Origin: an uncultured virus (IMG/VR IMGVR_UViG_3300035643_000181)
Taxonomy: Duplodnaviria > Heunggongvirae > Uroviricota > Caudoviricetes
IMG/VR virus record: IMGVR_UViG_3300035643_000181
Length of the DNA stretch: 64,000 nucleotides
Reading direction: 5' to 3' (one strand)
Position numbers and translations under genes: made by a program. Of the stretch, positions 57,448 to 64,000 are shown piece after piece; position 1 is the stretch's first letter; each line of letters opens with the position of its first letter. The notes below the pieces were generated by a model that ran no database searches, was not told where the DNA came from, and was given only the letters and a program-made list of their open reading frames with translations.

Positions 57448-57524
57448 ATAGAATATTCTATCTGATTTCTATAGAAAATACCATAGAAAATCTCTTGACA
57501 GGATAATATACGGCATGCCAGAAT
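57448..57524. promoter_or_regulatory. palindromic operator boxes and promoter
   Basis: ATAGAATATTCTAT (57448-61), TTTCTATAGAAA (57466-77), ATAGAAAAT (57483-91), then TTGACA-18-CAGAAT. Confidence 0.55.
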
Positions 57525-57530
57525 TTAGCC

Positions 57531-57743
57531 ATGGAAAACCCGCTAGGACATTATGCCGAAGCGGTAAGAGCAGAGGAAGGGGGAAATGACGATAGAGCAG
57601 CAATGGAGTTAGCGAGGGCTTTCGGAGCTGGTAAGGTAACGAAGCCGATAGCGGATAATGTGAAGCTGCTTACAGATCCCCCGGTAATTTTAGGAGAAGG
57701 ATTACTGAGGTTGATGGAAAATGGTACAAAGCAAAAACGCTAA
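57531..57743 (+). CDS. hypothetical protein
   Basis: ORF directly after the promoter. Confidence 0.5.
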   Translation: MENPLGHYAEAVRAEEGGNDDRAAMELARAFGAGKVTKPIADNVKLLTDPPVILGEGLLRLMENGTKQKR

Positions 57744-58038
57744 ATGTGAATGTGACCTGAGCACCGTTATCCCGATGGCTGAGTGGTTGGAGCAGGAGAA
57801 AGATGGTGAGTGCCGGCCGTGCTCCATTGCCGCACTGGTTGGAGAATACCAGAAGGCATTAAACAGTAATGGCCAGAAGGATTTGGCCGATCGGTTCACC
57901 AGTTTACTGGGGAGTGAGAGCGATGACGTTGTTTTAGACATCGCCAAGCTCATGGATGAGGCGAAAAAGTTAGCTCCGGAGCCGGTCAAGGAAACCTTAG
58001 TAATGTTAGATTGTATGGCTCAAACGAGCCAGCAATAA
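57721..58038 (+). CDS. hypothetical protein
   Basis: CEC...CRPC...LDC. Confidence 0.55.
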   Translation: MVQSKNAKCECDLSTVIPMAEWLEQEKDGECRPCSIAALVGEYQKALNSNGQKDLADRFTSLLGSESDDVVLDIAKLMDEAKKLAPEPVKETLVMLDCMAQTSQQ

Positions 58039-58064
58039 AAAGGTAAGAAAGGAGGGTACTTAAA

Positions 58065-58310
58065 GTGGCGATCAGTCTGAATTCCATTCGGAGGGGAAAG
58101 ATCCAGATAAAGGCCCTGCGGACCTTGCTGGGAATGAGAGGCCATGCTCCCAGTGGATTCAATATCAAGGTGGGGCAGTGCATGAAGGCTGGAGGCTATA
58201 GTCCTACGGACGGGGGACGGCACAGTAAGTCGTTCCAGGCCCACTTTATCCGCTGTTGTGTCCAGGCTGGTGCTAATGTGGGCTCAGTTGGGCGAGCCAA
58301 GGCTGCTTAA
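58065..58310 (+). CDS. small basic protein (possible DNA-binding/core protein)
   Basis: AGGAGG RBS; Arg/Lys/Gly-rich. Confidence 0.55.
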   Translation: MAISLNSIRRGKIQIKALRTLLGMRGHAPSGFNIKVGQCMKAGGYSPTDGGRHSKSFQAHFIRCCVQAGANVGSVGRAKAA

Positions 58311-58359
58311 TAGCACGCTAGCTTAACACAGAGGCTTCCAGAAGACATGTGGTTTCCAA

Positions 58360-58389
58360 TGAAGGCACTACTTTAGGGTAGTGTCTTCA
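58360..58389 (+). terminator. hairpin (terminator or processing site)
   Basis: TGAAGGCACTAC / GTAGTGTCTTCA stem with G-U pair. Confidence 0.45.
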
Positions 58390-58409
58390 CTAGTATTAAG
58401 GAGGTTATC

Positions 58410-58799
58410 ATGGAAAAGTGGTGTATCGTCTGTGGTGATGATCTTGATGCCCAGGGTCGTTGTCCAAAGGGACATGTGCAATCTTTTCATACTAAGAAGG
58501 AAACAACTCTTGGTCTGGGTAAAACTGGTAAGGCCATCGTGAAACTAATTGAGGCGACTGAATATCTAGCTCAGGCTATGGTATTTGCTTCCTACCAGAA
58601 TACCGGCGGGGCCGCCATGTTTGTTGGGAAGGCGAAGGAAATCTTAGGCACCATGGGATTAAGTGAAGAGGATTTGGCGCCTGTAATGGTTCCTCTGGAA
58701 AATATCACAAAATCGATGTACTGGGCAAAGATGCGTGATTCTATCGGCTATGTACTAAACCAGATGGAGCATTATGCTCCCAGGTGGGTAAAGGGATAA
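58410..58799 (+). CDS. N-terminally WCxxC-tagged helical protein
   Basis: WCIVCGDDLDAQGRCPKGH; LIEATEYLA matches LVEASEHLA of 52252..53502. Confidence 0.65.
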   Translation: MEKWCIVCGDDLDAQGRCPKGHVQSFHTKKETTLGLGKTGKAIVKLIEATEYLAQAMVFASYQNTGGAAMFVGKAKEILGTMGLSEEDLAPVMVPLENITKSMYWAKMRDSIGYVLNQMEHYAPRWVKG

Positions 58800-59344
58800 G
58801 AAGTTGGATGGGAAGTCTAAAATCAGAAACTTGGTGTTCGGTCTGTGGCTCTAACCTTGATAGACAGGGTAAGTGTCCCAAGGGGCATACGGAGGGATTT
58901 TACCACGCTAGATTATGGGAGCGTAATTACAACATACCTACCACATACGTAAGCTCTCTTGGTTTGGAGTTGGAGATACCGGTAGTCGAAGCAGTGGAAA
59001 CACTGTGGAAAGAGAGACCTTGGAGTTCTGGCTTTCATACAAGATTAAACCAACGATGGACGATTGTATTCCAAGGTAACATTAGTAATAAGGCTATGAA
59101 GGCTGCAAAGGCTGCTGGCTTACAAGTTTCCTATAGGGGGGATTTTGGTTTAACCGATGTATCTCTACCAAATGTTGGTGTGTATGAGTTCGAGAAGGCA
59201 ACAAGTGTTTTTAATAAGTTTGCTGAGTTATATAAAAGAGAACCTTCTGGCTTTGGTGATAAATGGTGTCCCGTCTGTGCTTCCGACCTAGATACCCACG
59301 GTATCTGTATCAATAATCCCGAACATAGGGCTAATCCTCTTTAA
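58784..59344 (+). CDS. protein with WCxxC tags at both ends
   Basis: Tags at 58832 and 59264. Confidence 0.65.
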   Translation: MGKGIRSWMGSLKSETWCSVCGSNLDRQGKCPKGHTEGFYHARLWERNYNIPTTYVSSLGLELEIPVVEAVETLWKERPWSSGFHTRLNQRWTIVFQGNISNKAMKAAKAAGLQVSYRGDFGLTDVSLPNVGVYEFEKATSVFNKFAELYKREPSGFGDKWCPVCASDLDTHGICINNPEHRANPL

Positions 59345-59726
59345 CTAGCATCCCCTTCTTGCACTTCCCGTCTTCCTTGAAGCGAGAACAGGGACACATT
59401 TCCTTAGCCCAGGGGCTCCAGGGGCAACCCGCAAATTGGATAAACCCCTGGATGGTCTTATTTAAATCCAGATTCGTTTTGACAGAATAGCCGTGTTCAT
59501 TGGCATAACTGAGTATGTCGGTTTTCATTTTAGTCACCTCAGGCGTTTCCGGTTTCTCAGGTAACTCATAGTACAGGTCCCAGAACTCAGCCACCCTGGT
59601 CTTCTGTGGTTCAAAATCGAATAACGAGTCGGCAATAGATTGACTACGCCTCCGGGGAGGAGGCTGGCGTTTTTTCCTCTTGGGTTCCTGATGAGGAATG
59701 TGGTAGGTGAGGTTCGGATAATCCAT
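59331..59726 (-). CDS. hypothetical protein, C-terminus reminiscent of ferredoxin:thioredoxin reductase catalytic chain
   Basis: YANEHGY...GCP...CPC....EDGKC; shares FW..YY...MKT.ILS with the upstream gene. Confidence 0.4.
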   Translation of the reverse strand: MDYPNLTYHIPHQEPKRKKRQPPPRRRSQSIADSLFDFEPQKTRVAEFWDLYYELPEKPETPEVTKMKTDILSYANEHGYSVKTNLDLNKTIQGFIQFAGCPWSPWAKEMCPCSRFKEDGKCKKGMLVKED

Positions 59727-60652
59727 TAACCTGCTGTATGGCTTGGATTCCGGGTGCAGTGACCCTCCTCGTCAAGGTCCGCAGCGCATACTGGGCACCA
59801 CCCTGGTGCTTTTGTAGTTTGACGAGCGGCAGACGACTCGAAGAATGTTTTCAGAAACCAGGGTATTATCTTGGGCGCCTGCACCTTCTCGACAGATAGT
59901 AACGTGTAGAGGCAGTAAAAATAATGATCTATTTCGGCCGCCTTATCCGGTTTTACCTTTAGCTTTTGTTGTTTGGCCGCGGACAAAATGGCAGTCTTCA
60001 TCTGCGGGAAGTCCTCGCCGACTTCCTTCCTGGGACTGTAATATATCTCCCAGAATCGAGCGACGGGCGTTTGGGATAACCCCATATCGCCAAAGCCAGT
60101 CAACCGGGCAATAAATTCCTCTAAGAAACGCCAGTCTTTTGGTAGCGTCTCTTTCTTACCTTTTTTCGATGACACTGCTACCCTGGATGGCTCCGCCTTC
60201 ACCGGGCTGATTTCACTGAGGGTGAATACCGCCCGGTACTTGGAATAATCCACCCGGGCCTTTTCCAGCTCCGGCATAGTCATATGGGGATATTTGGCTA
60301 TGATTGACCAGATGTATTCTTGTTTCTTGGCCGGCGAGATACCCTTGGGGTCTACTATGGTGAAGGAACTAAATCTAGTCGTTTCAGGGAAGTAATCAGG
60401 CAGGATATCCTTCTTCTTGGGTTTGGGCTCTTCTGGCTGTTTGACTGCCTTAGTAGTTTTGGTTACTTCAGTAACTTTAGGAGTTACTGCCGGTTCCTCG
60501 TAGCTCATCCAACCACATTGAGCACAGCTCCAAGCCTTGGAGTGATTGATTCTTTCCTCATGGAAAACACGACCGCCGCATTTCTTGCAGACAGTAGGTT
60601 TGCCTATTCCCGGGCTTACTCTTTCGAAGGATGGTGCTTCTTTCTTAGCCAT
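59726..60652 (-). CDS. zinc-ribbon protein with C-terminal WCxxC tag
   Basis: CKKCGG...CAQCG; WCPVCAADLDEEGHCTRNPSH. Confidence 0.65.
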   Translation of the reverse strand: MAKKEAPSFERVSPGIGKPTVCKKCGGRVFHEERINHSKAWSCAQCGWMSYEEPAVTPKVTEVTKTTKAVKQPEEPKPKKKDILPDYFPETTRFSSFTIVDPKGISPAKKQEYIWSIIAKYPHMTMPELEKARVDYSKYRAVFTLSEISPVKAEPSRVAVSSKKGKKETLPKDWRFLEEFIARLTGFGDMGLSQTPVARFWEIYYSPRKEVGEDFPQMKTAILSAAKQQKLKVKPDKAAEIDHYFYCLYTLLSVEKVQAPKIIPWFLKTFFESSAARQTTKAPGWCPVCAADLDEEGHCTRNPSHTAG

Positions 60653-60703
60653 GGTCCCTCCCCGGTAACAAAATCACACCCTCATTCTATTACCGACTTC
60701 ATA

Positions 60704-60961
60704 TTAGGTCAATACTCTCTTAGCAAACCATACCCTAGTCCCTGAGGCGTTACAGCCATGAGAAACCATATAACTTCCTACTAATCCTTTCTCTTGAAGA
60801 CGACAGCAGGCACGGATTACCTGATTTATCCAAGCTCCATGCTTAGGTCTCATTCCGTCTTCATCCCAAGGGTAAATAAAGGAGGCAATAATCCATTCAT
60901 CAACACCACCTACACCATCACCATTTTTGCGAATAACTTCAAGGACCTTTTCATCAATCAT
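60704..60961 (-). CDS. winged-helix-like protein
   Basis: VIRACCRLQEKGLV...RVW. Confidence 0.5.
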   Translation of the reverse strand: MIDEKVLEVIRKNGDGVGGVDEWIIASFIYPWDEDGMRPKHGAWINQVIRACCRLQEKGLVGSYMVSHGCNASGTRVWFAKRVLT

Positions 60962-60987
60962 ATAGCTTCTATTAGAACGGTGCCTTA

Positions 60988-61797
60988 CTAAACGTACAAG
61001 AGCCAGGTTTTCCCTGTCTCGGTGTCACCCATCATTTTGATATTGGGTGCGATGGTCTGCACTGTCTTGGCCCGCCGCTGCATATCAGCAGTGACCTCGG
61101 TTTGCCCATCGGTGGCCACCAGTCCGGGTGTATATTCAAAATTGCTTGCCTGTGAATTAGTTCCCCGCCAGGCTTTGCTTAATTCCTCAGACCAAAACGA
61201 CGGTAGGGCGTTTTCCATGATGCCCTGGAAGTCCGGCTCTTCGCAGTCCACAAATACATACTCTCGTACATCTCCCCCGTTTTTCTTAATTTTCTGGAAC
61301 TGCCTCTTGGCTGTCTCGAGTAGCGCTTTCATCACGCTATCTTTTGAGCCGTACTGGATCTGCCGGCGGGATGGTTCTTTAATGAGGATAGGGCCTACTC
61401 CGCGCAGTATCCGGGAACCGACGTCGCGGGAACTGTGAAAGATTAGAATGATTAGTTGGTTACGCTGCCGGCAGAGTGAGGAAAATCCCTTAACTAGCTC
61501 CTCGAGCTTGTTTCCGGCGGGAAGCTTGGTAGTACCTTCATCGATGATAATTACGCTGTCCTCACATTGTTCAACTTCCTCGAGGGACTTTACCTGGAAA
61601 GATGCCGGCGGCAGGAGATCAGCTTTGTCTAGCGGGAGATTAACTACTATTCCGTGGAGATTATATTCCTTGATGGCTAGTTCTGCCAGGTAGTAGGCGT
61701 TGGCACTCTTGCCTTTGCCAACGTAGCCGAGAATAATGATAACCTTCGGTGGTTTGATAATCTCAAGCCACGTGGGTTGCGGTCTCTTTTCCTTCAC
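60988..61797 (-). CDS. P-loop ATPase of FtsK/HerA (A32/Zot-like) type, candidate genome-packaging ATPase
   Basis: IIILGYVGKGKS, VIIIDEG, LCRQRN (Arg finger), ILIFHS, ILR. Confidence 0.65.
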   Translation of the reverse strand: MKEKRPQPTWLEIIKPPKVIIILGYVGKGKSANAYYLAELAIKEYNLHGIVVNLPLDKADLLPPASFQVKSLEEVEQCEDSVIIIDEGTTKLPAGNKLEELVKGFSSLCRQRNQLIILIFHSSRDVGSRILRGVGPILIKEPSRRQIQYGSKDSVMKALLETAKRQFQKIKKNGGDVREYVFVDCEEPDFQGIMENALPSFWSEELSKAWRGTNSQASNFEYTPGLVATDGQTEVTADMQRRAKTVQTIAPNIKMMGDTETGKTWLLYV

Positions 61798-61814
61798 CCA
61801 TATAGTATATCACC

Positions 61815-62219
61815 TTACCGCTGCTCCTCGAAGATGCCGGCGCGGACTTCAATTCCCAGTTCCTTGCACGCATCCTCGATGGACTTGAAGGCTGTATCTC
61901 TATTGGCCTTTACTTTATCATCCACCTCACCTCCTACTCCCCACATCTCTCCACAGTATCTCTCCAGCCGGATGATGTCCTTTTCTGAGGCAGACTTGAT
62001 GGTAGCTATTACCGTGGCATGCTTGATATTCGAGTTCATCGTACTATCTCGGTACAAACAGGTCAGCCGTAGGATCTGGCCAAGGCCACGACGGATTGCG
62101 GCCATTAAAGACTTTTTCTCTTCCTGGTTTAAGTCAGGATCGGGATTGGGGATTGCTATAGGAAATTCCTTTTTTAGCTCCTCAACGAACTCGTCAACCT
62201 GGTTGAACTTGATTATCAT
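61815..62219 (-). CDS. hypothetical protein
   Basis: GAGGAGG RBS. Confidence 0.6.
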   Translation of the reverse strand: MIIKFNQVDEFVEELKKEFPIAIPNPDPDLNQEEKKSLMAAIRRGLGQILRLTCLYRDSTMNSNIKHATVIATIKSASEKDIIRLERYCGEMWGVGGEVDDKVKANRDTAFKSIEDACKELGIEVRAGIFEEQR

Positions 62220-62577
62220 TTCTACCCTCCTCTTTGTTTGTCCTCTCTACTTTAACAATTCTGCGAAAAAGACCAAACGGATGCTGCCATTTTGATAATG
62301 TGAGACGGTATGGGTTTTCATTATTCAACGGCATACCACAACAATCGCACCAGTATAATTGACAATGAGAACACCAGATTTGGCCAACCCAAAAGATACC
62401 TTTCTTTAATCCACGAGGACTGCGTAGGTGTAAACTAGCTAATAGTATCCTATTACATTGAGGGCATCCAGATAGAAACCAATTAGTTATTTTATTCATG
62501 GTTCGTCCTATCCTCCTTAAAAAGTTTTCCTTGTTCAATATAGGCTGTCTCACCCTTTGTGAAGCCGTGCTGCTCAA
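62194..62577 (-). CDS. Cys-rich hypothetical protein
   Basis: CPQC, CSHC, CDCCG; true start probably internal (MNKITN). Confidence 0.45.
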   Translation of the reverse strand: MSSTASQRVRQPILNKENFLRRIGRTMNKITNWFLSGCPQCNRILLASLHLRSPRGLKKGIFWVGQIWCSHCQLYWCDCCGMPLNNENPYRLTLSKWQHPFGLFRRIVKVERTNKEEGRNDNQVQPG

Positions 62578-62614
62578 GTAAGCCGGTCACACCCTAACGT
62601 CTAATACTCATTAT

Positions 62615-62884
62615 TCATTCTCCTTTTAGTGGCGACTCCGTTTCTTGACACTTCAGAACTTCTTGACCAAATATCTTCTTGAAATCCAAAGGGCTAGCAA
62701 CGTACCTTTTTCTTTGTACCTTGCCTTTAACAAGTAGGCTTACATATGGGTAATTTAAATCATTGTGGCCTACTACCTCCCATATTTGCCCGTTGTAGCC
62801 CTCATATCTCAGTCCAATCTTTGGTGGTGTAGGGTAAATTTTTTGATTAACCCGCTGAAAGGCACTGGAAATCCCATTACTCAT
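62615..62884 (-). CDS. hypothetical protein
   Basis: ATG (MSNGISS) after AAGGAGG. Confidence 0.45.
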   Translation of the reverse strand: MSNGISSAFQRVNQKIYPTPPKIGLRYEGYNGQIWEVVGHNDLNYPYVSLLVKGKVQRKRYVASPLDFKKIFGQEVLKCQETESPLKGE

Positions 62885-62915
62885 TTCGTCGTTCCTCCTT
62901 TCTTTCTTGCATACC

Positions 62916-63440
62916 CTATTTCCTCCAGGGATTGTGAAGTTTAAGGTAACAAGAGCAGCATGTTTTACTAGTAGACTTAATAGAGGTTCCACAATCTTTA
63001 CACACTCCACGATGTCGAATTCTCCACTGTCGACTATATTCAATCTTATGCTGATGTCTCTCTTCCTCTGTCAGATGTGAGCGTCCCTTGGGTGGTCTAT
63101 GGATTCTTTGTTGCTCTATTTGGCAGGCTATACACCAAGATTGTAAACGATCGCTACCATCCTTGTTTTTAACTCCCATTCGGCAGTAAAATTCTGTGTC
63201 GCTTGGCCACCATTCTTGACAATGAGGACAGTATCGCCCCCTGTCTCCATCTTCGTTAATACGTTCCTTTTGGCTTCTTCTTTGAGCTCTGCCTTCTTTA
63301 TCTGCCAGGTGATATATCTGTGATAGAACTTGTTGTGTTCGAAGTTCTAATATATCGGCTATTTCTTGAGCAGAAGCAAGGTTATGTTGATATTTAGACC
63401 TCAGTATTTCATATTCCTCTTCAGTCCATCTATGTACCAT
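62916..63440 (-). CDS. Myb/HTH-like and zinc-finger protein
   Basis: RWTEEE, CPHC...SWCIAC, CKDCG...CCSC. Confidence 0.6.
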   Translation of the reverse strand: MVHRWTEEEYEILRSKYQHNLASAQEIADILELRTQQVLSQIYHLADKEGRAQRRSQKERINEDGDRGRYCPHCQEWWPSDTEFYCRMGVKNKDGSDRLQSWCIACQIEQQRIHRPPKGRSHLTEEERHQHKIEYSRQWRIRHRGVCKDCGTSIKSTSKTCCSCYLKLHNPWRK

Positions 63441-63449
63441 CTCTTCTTG

Positions 63450-63782
63450 TTACTCCTGCATAACCGATATTTGCCAGCTACCAAGCCACGGCTCAAAGAT
63501 ATTCTCTCCATAAGAAGACCACTTGGGGTCAAGGTCTTCGAGCCTGACTTTACACGTAGGTTTTCCACCGAGCATATCTATGGAGACATGGGTTAGTTTT
63601 GCTAACCACGCCTTACCGAAAGAGCCGCCCCCAGTTAGCAGAACGGTTTCTCCTATGTGCTTGCGACATTCTTCAAACCACTCCCGCGCCTTAATTTGCG
63701 TCTGGTCAAATCCCCAGTTGCAATCCCCCAGTTGGCCATAACCGGCGATTTTGACCCAATGCTTTTCTACTTTCTCTGCCAT
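63450..63782 (-). CDS. hypothetical protein
   Basis: AGGAGG RBS. Confidence 0.55.
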   Translation of the reverse strand: MAEKVEKHWVKIAGYGQLGDCNWGFDQTQIKAREWFEECRKHIGETVLLTGGGSFGKAWLAKLTHVSIDMLGGKPTCKVRLEDLDPKWSSYGENIFEPWLGSWQISVMQE

Positions 63783-64000
63783 AGTGTCCTCCTATATACT
63801 CCTGTTCATTTTACGTAATTTCTCGTCCCAGTCGGCCAAGTCACATTCCAATTGGAGGTCATCGGATATGTTCATAATTAGGTTATCTAGGGCACCCACC
63901 CATTTGAGGACATTTAACATCAGTGGGAAAATACCCTCCCATTTACCGATTAACCACTTACTAGCTTCCTGGTAATCAGTCGTCAGTATATGCACAGGAA

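Noticed and set aside
1..64000. tRNA/rRNA genes and att sites
   Set aside because: None recognised by eye; the few intergenic gaps show no cloverleaf signatures.

Overview
The window looks like most of the genome of a bacterial virus or provirus. It has strong GGAGG RBSs and sigma70-type promoters. No terminase, portal or tail genes are recognisable, but a candidate FtsK/HerA-type packaging ATPase is present. Modules: (1) 0.4-9.4 kb, a lipid/polyketide biosynthesis operon: Mrp-type ATPase, SCP2-like protein, B12-binding radical SAM, phytol/dolichol-kinase-like protein, UbiA prenyltransferase, type III PKS, ACP and acyl-reductase-type SDR. (2) 9.5-24.9 kb, an intein-containing subtilisin, putative capsid/spike proteins, a 7-repeat beta-propeller, a papain-like protease, a DUF2341 protein and small membrane proteins. 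(3) 25-45.9 kb on the minus strand, replication/recombination genes (DinG-like and UvrD-like helicases, primase, DnaB-N protein, PD-(D/E)XK and HNH nucleases, ParB). (4) 46-64 kb, an accessory region with a Nop-domain (Tas-like) gene followed by a 20-unit, 36-nt TIGR-type guide array and a tyrosine recombinase, then many otherwise unrelated proteins sharing one ~19-aa CxxC...C...H tag. The most striking observations are the TIGR-Tas-like locus, a second array with the same repeats embedded in frame inside a 549-aa gene, the viral lipid operon, and the shared zinc-knuckle tag. All family assignments come from motif recognition by eye, not database searches.
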